From Chrysomallon squamiferum (lineage: Eukaryota > Animalia > Mollusca), in NCBI GenBank assembly GCA_012295275.1, contig CM022667.1:2232001-2296000 (forward strand): 64,000 nucleotides of DNA, read 5' to 3'. Position 1 is the stretch's first letter. Each line of letters starts with the position of its first letter. Below are positions 27,711-41,516 of this stretch, one piece after another. Position numbers and translations under genes: made by a program. The notes beneath the pieces were generated by a model, which saw only the letters and a list, made by a program, of their open reading frames with translations, did not search any database and was not told the origin of the DNA.

Positions 27711-28330
27711 ACAGAACAAAAATGTCAACTTTCATTTTTGCCAAGAACTCTAGTCATAATAAAATTGTATAACATGGAAAAATTGCGACTCATTAACTCA
27801 TTTTAACTACAATCAAATAACAAATTACAGAAAATAAATGTCAACTTACCTTTTTGTCAAGCACTCTAATCTTGGTAAAATTGTATTCCATTACCTCATT
27901 AACTCATAACTATAATCCATTGATAACGCAGAACAAAATTTTCAACTTACCTTTTAGTCAAACACTTTGGTCTTCATAAAATTGTAATCCACTACCTCAT
28001 TCATTCATTTTAACTTTCGTCTACGAAATAGCACAAAACAGAACAATAATGTCATCTTACCTTTTATCCAAGCACTCTAGTGTTGATAAAAATGTAAATC
28101 ATTACTTCATTAACACACTTTAACTACAGGTCAAAGAAAGAACAAAATTTCATCTTACCTTTTAGCCACGCACTCTAGTCTTCATAAAATTGTAATTCAT
28201 GACTTCATTAACACATTTTAACTACAGGTCAAAGAAATATCCAAATTCAGAACAAAAATGTCAACTTACAATGTCGTTTTTTTTTTTTGTTTTGTTGTTG
28301 TTTGTTTGTTTTTTCCCCTAGCACTCTAGT
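27711..28330. repeat. Degenerate ~100-117 bp tandem repeat, about 6 copies, carrying minus-strand splice-site-like motifs
   Basis: CAGAACAAAAATGTCAACTTACCTTTT...AAGCACTCTAG units start near 27712, 27828, 27929, 28039, 28139 and 28248. Confidence 0.88.
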
Positions 28331-29409
28331 TTTGAAAAAACAGATCTAAGTGAAAAAAGACTCTACTTCATTCTTTGGTTGTAAAAGACATAGCTTGCAG
28401 CTGATACTGGTTTCCTTTGCAACACTGTGAAGAACTGTAGCAATGACGATAATCTATATGAACAAGTAGACCAATGGTAGTCAGTGTTTCGTGTTTTAAC
28501 AGTTTGATTGTTTATGATAGAAATGATGCACAGTTCTGTAATGGTTCCTTCCTGGCAAGATTTCCTTTCAGCAAGCCGGGTGAAACCAAGCTGAACAATC
28601 TGATAGAAAACCATATCTCTGGATTAATTGTAATTTTGTTTTGCTGCTTTGTGATTTTTGTAAATTTATTTTATAATTAGTTATTGTTGTTATTATAATT
28701 ATTATTAGTTATTGTTGGTTATTATAATTATTATTATAATTTTTTTTATTTATAATATTGTTTTGGTAATTTGTATCATTTGTATATGTTTTTGTTTATT
28801 TAATCATTGTCAGTTAATTTCAACGTTTTATCAGATAAAGTTTTTTAAAAACATAAACAGAATCTTTATAATGTTTAAAAAAATTTTAAATATGGATTTT
28901 AAAAGTATGTCTTTTTTTCTTTTTCCTGATTTTATTCTTTTTTATTATTATTATTTTTTATAAAAATATATATCTTTTTTTTTTTAAATTATTATTATTA
29001 TTATTTCTTTTGTTTTAATTCTTTGTAGTTTAAGAAATGCTTCTTTTCATTAAAGTACTAAAAGTACCATTACATAGGAAAGTATCGATTTATACATATT
29101 CATTGGTGTATGTGTGTGTGGGTGTGTATGCTGCTAATAAATGTGTCTTTTAAAATATGTATACTAGTTCCAGCTCATCATTTTAAAAGTTGACAACTGG
29201 CAGTATTCCCCATCACTGTCAGTCTGATACTGCCCGTCTAATAGACAACTACAAATATATTTTGCACGTTAATGAGAAGAAAAACACATCAGAATACGGC
29301 AGCCGACAACTCATCAACATGCCAGAGACGGTGGTCTTTAATGACTGTGAGTCAGAAAACAATTTCCTACTGCTGTTGACAACCTACAGTTCCCCTGACG
29401 GAAACAATT

Positions 29410-29890
29410 TTATGAAATTGGTTTTAGAAACATTATAATCTTTAGTTCATCGCATACAATGGAAACAGTGCTTTTTGAAAATATACATTCTTCAGATCCA
29501 AATAGGTGTATGAAATTAGCGTTGTAACCATTATGATCTTTAGTTTGTCATATCCAGTAGTAACAATACTTCTTGAATGTGTAGGTTCTAATGATCCAAA
29601 TATCTTTATCTTGATTGCATAAATTCCTTTTATTGAAATATATGTATGAAATTAGTGTTAGAAACTTGTAATCTTTAGTTTATCATGTATTAAAGAAACA
29701 GTACTTTTGTAAATTCATATATAAAAGAATGCTTTTTGATTGCATAAATTCCCTTGATTGAAATATATGTATGAAATTAGTGTTAGAAACTTGTAATCTT
29801 TAGTTTATCATATATTACAGAAACAGTACTTTTGTAAATTATATATTATATATAAAACAATACTTTTTTAATGCATAAATTTCCTTGATA
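29410..29890. repeat. ~100-135 bp tandem repeat, about 4 copies
   Basis: TATGAAATTAGTGTTAGAAACTTGTAATCTTTAGTTTATCAT recurs; the two best copies are 125 bp apart (29613 and 29738). Confidence 0.8.
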
Positions 29891-30769
29891 GAACTTTCCT
29901 GTTCATCATATTTAATATAGCCATACTTTCTGTGCAAATAAATTATTGTACTAAAGGCAATATGAAACCATTAACAAGAAAATGTGTTGATTCAGTACTT
30001 TCTCTTAGGTCATTGAGTTAATATACCAGAAAGGTTACTTTTTAAATAGTATCATGAAAGTTGTCTGCTTTGAGTAGGAGTGAATTGATAGAAAGTACCT
30101 AATGACATTTGATGTGCAAATGGCAAAACAAAAATATAACTTGGAAGGAAAGGGTTGATCATTATCCAAACTACATCAATAATACAATTTCAGTTCTTAA
30201 CTGAGAAGAAAGAAATGAAAAGTAAAAAACAAACAAAGAGTTTAAAGGTTTTAGAAACTTATGCTGTTTATTGTTTTAGTTTCCTAATCTTTGTATAGAT
30301 TTTATAGACTTATGTCCTTTTTAATATTGGGATTGTTCTTAAGATGAATGAAAAGAAATGAAATCTCACTGTAAAACAAAACATTAACAAGATGACAACA
30401 TTCAGAAATATATTTTTTATATCTGCATTATCAAAACTTCATTTTCTGGATGTTAGTCTGAAACAGTGTTAATTTTATTGCATGTCAGTTCAGAAATCCC
30501 TTACTTCATATTTGTGCTATTTCAGAATTTCAGTGTCTGTTAAGGATTATTGTATCTCTTTTAATTATTTATCCAAGTATTGCATGAAGGCCATCTAAAA
30601 GCTTGTTAAGTGTGACGTTGACTCACATTTTTCTGACATCTTCACATGTCACTGAAAAATATAATTATTGATAATTCTTTAATTATTTGTCAGAATTTTC
30701 AGGTATGACAAAGACACTGAAATCAGGTCACTGTGAGTTGCACATCACGTAAACATAATTTTTAGTAGA

Positions 30770-31220
30770 TATAATGATGGTATTATTTTTACTTCAGTGA
30801 TGAGGACATTATTTTTATTTTAATGATTACATTATCTTTACTAAATTTGATGAGGACATTTTCATATACGAAACATTCTTTCTGTTCATGATATTATTTT
30901 TATTTTTTACAACGAGGACATTATTTTTAACTTTCATTATGAGAACATCTGTATTTTTTATAATAAGGATATTATTTAAACTTTCGTTATGAAGACATTG
31001 TTTCTAATAATGGGAGCATTTTTACTGTTCATGATAGGACATAAATTTTATATAACTGACGAGGACATTATTTTTATTTTTCACAATGAGGAAAGTATTT
31101 TTACTGTTCTTAATGATGAATGTTTTTGTTTATCATGATTTTTTTACTGCTGCTGCTGATATTATCTTTACTGTTCATGATAATGACATTATTTTTAAAT
31201 TTCATCTTGAGGATATAATG
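30770..31220. repeat. Degenerate short-unit minisatellite
   Basis: Recurring ATGAGGACATTATTTTTA and TTTTTACTGTTCATGAT units. Confidence 0.7.
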
Positions 31221-32559
31221 AAAACAAATATATATATTTTTTTTTTATTTTTTTTTACCATACATGAAATTTTTAAAAAAAAATTATTTTTTTTCCCCTA
31301 AATAGTTTTGAAAGTTAAGAGATATTCTATCAAGCTGATTTCATGTTATCAGCCTGCATTTAAATGCAATTCAATCAAGATAAATAACTATGCAACTAAC
31401 TACATGCTAGACAACTGAAAAATGACGTTACAATCAGCAATCAAAAGCTAAGTGATCGGCTTCAGAATGATTTCTTTGGTATGTGCCTTGATTTAATAGT
31501 GTTTCTAAATGGAAGCCAATCATGATAAATAAGCAACTGCATGTTACAAGAGAGAAAAATGATATTAAAATTAGCAGTCAAAAGCTAAGTGATCTGTCTT
31601 GGACCAATTTATGCGGTATCTTCCTTGATTTACTATTGTTCTAAATGGAAGCCAGTCTTGATAAATAAGAATACAAATACAAAGCAGGGTCTATCGTGGA
31701 CATAATCATGGCCACTTGTAGTCATTCCAGACCACTGGCAACACTTTATTATCTGCGAGGTTGGCACTTCAGCACTCTCAACTTCTTGACTTGTCAGGCC
31801 TCCATCTGACATGTCCAGTATTCTGTGGCAATTAATTTCCATTGACCAATCGGCAGTGCCAAATGAGCACCATTTGCTTTAATGGCTTTCTTCAAATGAT
31901 TCATAGTTCACTGAGGTGAAGTAGGACCTTAACAGACCATCTTGAATGACTTACTGATAGAAAATATTTAAAAAAAAAAAAATCTTATTGATCTGTGTCT
32001 GTGGCTAAGATGGTCTGTGTAATTATTAAATCAATTTTTATCTTTTATAAAAGTTTTATTTTACTCACAGTCTTATCCTCCATGACTCTGTTGTGTTCTT
32101 TACATGTTTGATTAAATCAGTATCTTAACCATTTTCTTGGTATCTTAACTTTTTAGTCTTTATAAATCTAATAAATAATAATAATATTAATTCATTTTAT
32201 CTTATCTCTAAAATTATTTTCTGTTTTAAACAGTTTATAATTTACAAATTTAAAATCAGATTAATATCTGTCTTTATTAATAACATTCTCTGCTATGTCT
32301 GTGTGCAGAAAAAACCTGTTTGTGATGTCTTTTTCAAGTGAATAATACAGAAAATTACAAACTGTTACTAATTCTCCAGTAAACAGTTCTCTGATTTACA
32401 GCACTCTACAGATGTTGATTTTGTAAATTTAACCATTACGGAAGCAAATCCACTTTATCAAATACAAATCTTTCCAAATACATTTCTATTACTTGTCCTG
32501 CAGTTGTTTATTTATTTAATTTTTTTTTTCCCCCCATTAAACCTAAAGATAACATTTTT

Positions 32560-33280
32560 GCATTTTGCAGTAAATCAAATTGGTTATTATGTACGGCTTA
32601 GCTTAACAGAAGAAAAAAATATGGCTGTAAAATATCATTCTTTGCCTTCAAAGCTGGTAATTAACTATACACCCATCTCCAGTAAATTTAACAAACTACT
32701 TGACCAAATGATTATGTTACTTCTTGTCCAGTAAACTTTGTGTGTTTATTATGTATGGCTAGATCCTAAGGTGAAGAAAAAGAAAATAATAATAATAAAA
32801 CTTCATAGAATATCATCCTTTTCTTCAAAATCTGAATATTTACTGTTGCCATCTCTGATAGCTTTAACAAACTACCAGACCAAATGATAATGTAACTTCT
32901 TCTCCAGTAAATCTTCACTTGTTTATTACGTATGGTTAGCTCCTAGGTGAAAGGTGGGGGGGGAATCTCAATAGAATATCATCCTTTTCCTCCAAATTTA
33001 CTGTTTACTGTTGCTGTCTCTGGTAGCTTTAACTGCTTGACTAAATGATAATGTTTCTCCAGTAAATTGCACAGTTTATTGTGGCTATCTTCTAAGGAAA
33101 GAAAAAGTAGTAATAAGAACAGAAGAACATCCCTGGAGCCACATTCCAAACTAAATAATTTACTATTACATCTCCTGTACAAGTACTTAGCAAGATTAAC
33201 ACTCTACTTAGCCAAATGGTAATGTTACTGCCTTCTTCAATAAATTACACAGTCTGTTATGAATGTCTTACTCTTAAGAA
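32560..33280. repeat. Degenerate ~150-180 bp tandem repeat, about 4 copies
   Basis: AATATCATCCTTT...CCAAATGATAATGT...CTCCAGTAAA recurs. Confidence 0.75.
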
Positions 33281-35046
33281 AATAATAATAATAATAATAA
33301 TAATAATGACAACTAAAGATCATCGAAATTTTCTAAATGCATCAAACTAGATAATTTATTATCAGATAATCTGCTATAGAATTTACAATAGGTTACCTAG
33401 ATTATTAACTCTTTAACATCCAAATTTACAATCACAGAAGCAAGTTTCCAAAGTGAAATTTGTAATTTGTACAAGAAAATATGATAAAGCCCCTTTTTAT
33501 TGTATGTAATGTTTTTATGAGTCAACTAGGTCAGTTCTAGGCTATGATAAAAGTATATGTTGTGTAGTTACAAGCATTTATTCTTTGTGCTGTCTCCTGC
33601 TGTTTTATAGTCTTGCAACAGGCTGATACAGATCTAGGTTTCTTTTCTCTATCACACACACACACACACACAAGGAAAATCAGTAGTAAAAGCAATAACA
33701 AGAAGATGAATAATAATTCTTAACTGCCAGAAGATCATTTATTTTCCTTAAGTACAACAAATCAGATAATTTACTACAAAATCTATAATAGTGCAGTACT
33801 TAACGAACTTTATCAAACTACTCGTTCTTCTACATCATACACAGCTGCTGTGGTTTTTCTATTACTTACCTCAGTAGGTGTACTCAGTATTATATCTCAT
33901 TACTGTCTCTTTTGCAGTTACGTATTGTAACCACTTTCTCTGAACACAGAAGCAAATCGAAGCCATATGCTTAAACCAAGTTCTGGTAAACTAGCCTAGC
34001 AGTTATGTGAGGAAAGAATATTTTTTTTTTCTTTTTTTTTCTTTTCTTTTTTTCTTTTCTTTTTTCTCTCTCTTTAACATGGCCTCAAAGTGTGTAGTGA
34101 TGACATAACAAAATAGCTTTATTTTTGTTTTGTTGAGGTAGCCTCACAATGATATAAGAAATTATCTTTTGTTGTTGTTTTTGTGGGAGTTTTTTTCTTC
34201 TTTTTTTCTTTTTTCTTTTGCTTGATGTGGCCTCACAGTAACTTATGGCAACATCTTTTTGTTTTTGTACTGTTTTGTTTTGTTTTGTTTTGATTTTATT
34301 TATTTATTTATTTACTTATTAAAAAAAAAAAAAAAGGTGAATGCCTCAGTAATAATATAGATAGATACATACATACATATGAAAGAAGTGAGAGAGAGAA
34401 AGGGATGGAGAGGGAGTGTGAAGGGTTCTTTTGTTCATGAAAATCAACATAATTACAACCATTTATTAAAATGATACTATTTCAGCTAAATAGTCTTATT
34501 TGTTCTACTGAATGATAAATTTTGTATTACTCAGTTTACTGGCATATTTTAATTCCAATTTGTAGATTGGCATAGACTCCAGACTCTGTCTGCCAAAGGA
34601 ATTCATACAAAACTTCATATTAAAGAAGGTTTCAGACATAATAATCCATATAAATTAGTACAGTTAACTCTGGGAATTAGAAAATACAAATAATCAATCA
34701 TTCATAATGCACCCTGGGTTTTATCAAATTATGCGTTTTATTATTAGTGATAAATGGACAGTTTTTATTTTTTTATTCTTCTATTTTATATTCCTGACTC
34801 CATAAGCTTCATTTTGTTGTTCATCATTTAGATCCAGAGATATTGCCAGGAATGTCCAGACAAATTGGAGAGTTTCTTCCATCCAGCAAATTACAAGGTT
34901 CATAGAATTGCTCTAAAATGCATATTGAGGTCTATCAATTTCATCACTGGGTCAAAGAAATTAACACACATATATTTTTAACAAAATATCAAAATCATTT
35001 TGTCACTCCACTTTAATTGGCTATGGCTCAGTACAAGACAAAGTTT

Positions 35047-35095
<49 letters not shown>

Positions 35096-35132
35096 TTATT
35101 ATATATATTAGTATTATTTATCATAATTAATT

Positions 35133-35169
<37 letters not shown>

Positions 35170-38100
35170 CTGTTATTAGCAACATCATCATTATAATTAA
35201 TGGACTTTTTTGACTCTTTAGCAGCATGATTAAACTTTATGAGCTCTTTCCAATTAGTCTGTCATCAGTCTGCTGTAATTTATATCCTAGGCTTCCTTAT
35301 TGCAAGATAGAACACTTAAATCCAATATTCTGTATGCTTGAATGGTGGTGTTTAGATTACACTTTTGTGGTCAACAAAGTAATATTCTAAAATGAATTAT
35401 TAGAAAAGAAAAACATTCCTCTTTATAATGAACTTGTTTTCTAAAAACAATTTTTTTTTTTTAATTTGAAACATAATCCAGTCTGCTTTATTTGTCCAAA
35501 ACTAATATTATACAGATTTGAATGGTGATATTTTATTTGTTGTTGTGGTTTACAACCTGATAGTGCTGTATAGAAAAGTATGTGGCTAAAGAAAAATCTA
35601 ATATTTTGAAACGTAATGCAGACTTTTGTTTTATTATTCCCGTTCAATGCTAACAATCTATAAATATGAATGTTAATATTTTGTAAATGATTTACAACCT
35701 GATATCTGTATAGAAACGATGAGTCTAAAGAAAAAATCTAATGTTTGGGATATAATCCATACTTTTTTCTAAGTCTAGTATTTTTACAAATGAGAATGTT
35801 AATATTTTATATGTTCTTGTGGTTATCATATGATACTGCTATAGAAAAGAATGTGACTGAAAAAATGTCTATTTAGAACATAATCCAGAATTTTTTTCTG
35901 AGACTAATATTCTTACAAAAATGAATATTTTGTGCTTGTGATTATAATGTAATATTTGTATGTGTCAGAAAAAAGACTCTCAGATTTCTTTGTTTCATGT
36001 TCAAAATACATTGTGTAAATGAGCACATTTTGAAATGGAATAATTATTATAACTATATATTGAAGAAAAAGATTTTTGTTCTGTTTGTGGTTATAATATG
36101 ATATTTGTATACGTCAGAAGATTTAGAGCACAATCCAGATTTCCTTATTTCAGAATGCAGTGTGCAAATGATCACATTTTGAAAGAAAATGTAATTATAT
36201 GTTAAATGGAAAAAACAAAATCTGAATTCTTTGTAGCATAATTCTTCCTTCTTTATTCCTTGTCCAAGACAGAATTATTAAACCTTAAATTCAGCCTCTT
36301 GTATGAATAAAATTATTAACTGTATTTGTTTTCAGAGATGTTATTTGGTAATACATAATAAAGTAGAACATTTTTTTTTTGTTATTTAAAGACCTTACTA
36401 GATGTTGAAGAAAAATACAAACCTTCTTGATATGGAAATGTAGAAAATGAAATAGTAGGAGAGAAGACTTTTCCTTGGTTAATTTCAGTAATGAGAATGA
36501 TAAAACGAACAAATGTAAGCTGTTTAATGACATCAATACTGCAAGATGTTTTTCAGCAGACATGCCACTTTAAAGGCTCTTAATTTCACAACCAATGGCA
36601 TCTGCAAAACAATTAATAATAAATGGCTTATTCTGTTGGTGTTGGTATCAAAGAAAACACCTTGGTGCAGTTGCTGCTGTTAATGAAGTCGTTGGGGCTG
36701 TGAATATCATGTGTCTTGATGACCTTTGTTGGTGGATAAAGTAGAATTACCCACCTCACATGTAAACAGAAACACATTTCAGGTGTTGACTTGTTAATAA
36801 TTAATCACCTTTGGTAGCCAATTCAATAAATACTTAGTTTGAAATGTATTGAAGGCATTGCTCGTTGTAAATAATAGAATACGTGACAGCTTCTACAGTT
36901 ACTCTTTATATTTGCAGTATTTATACAGTTAAAACATGGACAAATATGCAAAGCAAACCGCCATGTTTTATTCTATGGAAGTTGAAATATTGGTCATGTG
37001 TTTTCTTCTATAATAATTTTAAAAATGGATTTGTTTGTTTCTTCTGTAAGAAAAAAACAACAATATAAATGTTATCTTGTATAAGGAAAAATAACAACAT
37101 AAATATTCACTAATATAAGGAAAAACAACAATTCTTCCCTAATTATAAAGAAAAACAATGAAAATCAGTTACATGCTTTCTTATATAACTGAATCAAAAT
37201 GTTCTCTTGCATGATGAAAACCAGTTACATATTCTTGTACATAATGAAAAACAGAGGAAACATGCCAGCAGCTTTCTCCAGTTTACAGAACAGTGGTTTT
37301 GATATTCATGAAGACTGTAATAACAACCTCCACTTGAAGTCATATTTATATATCTAATGATTTATGAAAAAGCAAACCAAAACGTTACAGGTAATCTTTA
37401 CAAAAAGATTTATTTTACATGTACCTTCTCATAGTATATTCCATAACCTTTGTACTACTAGTTGTGGAGTCTAAGCAACAATAAGAAATCTCTGTAAGAG
37501 CCTGTCAGAAAGGGATTAATCCCACAAGTTGCTTCACTTTGAGAATACTTTCTAAAACTGTGTTATGTCCACCTCCTGTTCTTTTATATAATTAAGTACC
37601 TAACATGATAAACAAGACAGTAGGTCTCTAGCCACAATGAAAATTTTATCCATTTTTTTTTTTTTTTTTTTTTTTGATTATTATTGTTGTTCTTGTTGTT
37701 GTTGTTGTAGTTGTTGTTAAACATGTCAACACAAACAGTAGACAACATACATCAACTACAATCTATAAATGTACACTTACCATATACGGCACAGCTAGCT
37801 AGCTGACCATCATCGCACTGGCAGTTACAAAAGAGTCATTGTTGGTGAATTCCACTCAGTGTTATCAGAGATACAAGTGGATACGCACAGCCTCCGGCAT
37901 GTCCTATCATTCTGTCAGAGCTGAAAAGAAATCCACGAAGGTTGGCAATTATCTCGAGTGGTGGATAACTGCCACAACATGTTTTGTATTGGATTGATTG
38001 AAAATTATGGTAATAATAGGCCAATTCACGTTAATTACTATGCAGACAGGTCTCGTGTATTAATCACATGGTAGATGGAATTAGCTGTTTTTGGCTGGGT

Positions 38101-40279
38101 TGATAGCTGTGTGTCACAGGTGTTTCTTGTTTTTATGGCGCCACACTCGCTCAGCCCATTTGGATGGTTGTTGTGGTCACACCATGTTCAAAAAATCTAG
38201 CTGTATCAAAGTTATGTCACTTTTTGTCACGTCTCTGGAAAAACGAGACAGTTTAAAAATCAAGTTTAGGAAATGTTGTTAATTACCCTAGAAATGTGAG
38301 ATGACTTAGAGAACAAATTTTAAAAATAGCAAAGTCATTAGACAACTGCATAAATATCTGAAAATCCGAGAGCAATATACAAAGTCAATTTTTAACAACT
38401 TTAGAAATACAGAGTAATGTAATCAGTACCAAGTTTCAACCAGTCTAGAAATGTGAGATAAAGTCATAAACCAAAGTTTAACACAGAAATGTACAAGTGG
38501 TTAGTAAGCCAAATTTAACATAGAAATATAAGATTCTGACCAGTCTTAAAAATACAAGACATAAAAACCTAGCTAGAATTAAGTTACAGTAAAACAAGAA
38601 TTAGTCTATATCAGTACTATGCAGTTCTTGTTTATGATGTCATGTAGCTAATTCTCGGTTTATATGGTTATTAAATGAATTTGTTTTACTACTGATTTGT
38701 TTTTGTGATGTGATATTATTCTAGATTAATTCTAGCTTTGTTCTAGCATGCTCTGTACCAACTCAGCATATATTTTCTATTTTGTTAACTTTCCATAATA
38801 TGCTAATTATACTTTATTTGGAATGATATTTGGCATTGAAGATGTTTATAAAAAAGTAGAAACCTTGTCATGAATCTGACCAGATTTTAATGTAATTTGT
38901 GAATTTTAACAGAAATGGTTGCTTACACTTGACATCTGACTTTCCCTATCCAGTTTTTAAAAAAAAAAAAAAAAAAAAAAAACACAGTTGTCATTATTTG
39001 TCATTGCAGATTTTAACTTAGAAGATAACCATGTGTCATACATATAGATAATGGATAAATGAAAACATGTTAAGATAAAAAGCAGATTTTTGTTACAACA
39101 TAGTTCTTAAAATATACATACACAAAGACTTGCAGACTGTAGCCTGAAGATAGAAAAAAAATGTGGGCAGCCGTTATGTTTTGTAAGCATAAAGCACTGT
39201 GCACTTATTTAACCATTAGGACTTGACAGCCAAAACACTTCCTGGCTGACAGACTAAAATATTTCTCTGACCGTCGAAGTTGTAATTTTCTTCAATTACT
39301 ATTCATAATGTTTCTTCAAAAAGAAAAAAATAATATTAATAGAATGCTTTAGTCAACTTGTACCATTTAATTGTGAATGCACTGACTAGAATGTGTTCAA
39401 ATTTCCTGTCACCACATTTGGAAATGCTAGAGAAAATTTTTTGAGAAATATAAATTCTAAATCTGACTGTTTTTCTACTAAGTTGATAGATTTTGATATT
39501 AGTAAACGAATTTCAGTCACATTTAATTATGGTGGTTTTTATTTATTTTTGATTCACAATTGATGGTAATTTAGTAGGTGAACAAGGATCTTTTTTTGTT
39601 GTTGTTTTTTTCTTCTTTTTTTCTCACCAAATGTGTGTGAGTGCAAGAAAGCATGGGCCTCTGTCTGTCTATATGTATGTCTATGTGTTACTTGAATAAT
39701 ATTACAGCATGATAAAATATCAATAATAATTATAATAATAACAATAATAATAACATAACAATAATAATGATGACATTTAAATCTACAACAGAAATGATTT
39801 CTCTCCATTGGAACGTGAATCAAATAGCCAAACCTACTACAATATATTTCAAAACGTGATTAATGGCAAATATTCAGCATTTGTAAATCATTTATAAATG
39901 ACAAAACTCATTTCACACTTTCACAGTAATAAACTAATAGATTGTATTGTTAAGAAATTTTTCACTGTTTAATATTTTTACTGAGATAGGTTTACAGAAG
40001 AAATAAATCTAATATTTTTCTAATAACCTTTATCGCATTTATTATGAATAAGTTTAGTAAGAAACAAAAATAGAATTAATATCTTACAGCAAATTCCTCT
40101 GTTCTTTAATATGTAATGACACCACACCGACAGTAGAAAAATGGTTGCACTCGGATGTTTTTGAAATGTACTTATTTGCCTTTATACTTCATTATTAATT
40201 AATAAGATTGGAAACTTCCAAAAATGAGAAAAAATAAAACATAACCTGGAATATTGAGAATATATTTTATGATTGTTGT

Positions 40280-40318
<39 letters not shown>

Positions 40319-40924
40319 TATATATATAGCTGTTTATTTATTGGGGTTTGGGGGGGATAGCTTTTTTGATTCTTTTGCTTGTTCTTGTTTGTGTTTTGGT
40401 TTTTTTCTGGTTTAAGTTATATTTAAATAATAATAATAATAATAATAAAATTTCCAACACTTCCTATCTTGGAATTGTCTTGCCTTCTTATCTTATCTGT
40501 GTTGCAAATACCATTGATTCTAAGTTCACTGACTGATTTGGAAAAGGATGTGGTTTATTAAAATTAAACAAAATATTCATGAAGCTGCTTTTAAATTAAG
40601 TTTCCTGTGAATTTACATAATGAAAATCTTCACTGACCTATTACTTTTTTGTTCTGGAAACCGACTTCTTTTTCTTCTGTCAGTCTAAAAACTCGGTTTA
40701 TTTTATTAACATCAGATGAAAACATTTTTATTTTATTAAAGTTTCTCAGAAATAAAACACTGTTATAAGGCTTAAAGCAAAAATTTGCCACAGGCTATTT
40801 TTTTTTTAATGTGGCTGATCAAATCACAAAATAGCTAACATTTTAGCAAGCTATAATTATTCACCATAAGTAGTAATTTCACAAATATTTTATTATTACT
40901 ATTATTTTGTTTTTATCATATATA

Positions 40925-41494
40925 CAGTAGTACCTCTAGTTAAGAGTTCTTCAACTTACGAGTTTTCTCAGATACAAGCAGCCACCCAGTTGATTTTTTG
41001 CTTTGAGTTATGAGCCAAAATCTGAGTTTCAAGTGAGCTTCAGATTTACCACCGCTAGTTGGTGCAATGAACAACACAACATCCACCCAGAATCCTGCAT
41101 CTCACTCATTTGCTTCACATGGAGGCATCTCTGGTGTGTTGTACTCGCTTTCTGTGCAGTATTTTGCTGAATTTCTTTTTTTCTGGTCATGGATCCTAAG
41201 AAAGTGAGTGCAAAGGACAGTGCTGGATGATGTCCATTGAATTAAAGTTTGAACTGATAGAAAAACATGAGCAAGGTGTACATGTAGCCGACTTGGCTAC
41301 GTGGTATGAACATAGTATTTCTACAATATGTACCATACTGAAGATGAATAAGTCAGGGTGGTTTTTTAGGGGACTGGAATGGATTAATGGTATTTCAATT
41401 AATTTCAGTTGGGAAAATTGATTTGATATACAAGCAAATTGAGATATGAGCTCCATCATAAAACGAATTAAACTCATAAGTCAAGGTACCACTG
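40925..41494 (+). mobile_element. Internally deleted Tigger/pogo (Tc1/mariner superfamily) DNA transposon with N-terminal transposase remnant
   Basis: TA|CAGTAGTACCTC...AAGGTACCACTG|TA imperfect terminal inverted repeats with TA flanks. Internal MDPKKVSAKDSAG and MMSIELKFELIEKHEQGVHVADLATWYEHSISTICTILK resemble the CENP-B/psq-type HTH at the N-terminus of Tigger transposases. Confidence 0.85.
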
Positions 41495-41516
41495 TATTTT
41501 ATTTTTATTGTATATA

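Noticed and set aside
30703-30738. Micro-exon-like cag|...|gtgagt
   Set aside because: Splicing to 47024 in phase 1 would create a TAA stop, and there is no DDX1 similarity.
38195-38206. 12-nt match to the 3' half of miR-9 (ATCTAGCTGTAT)
   Set aside because: The seed-containing 5' half is absent and I see no precursor hairpin.
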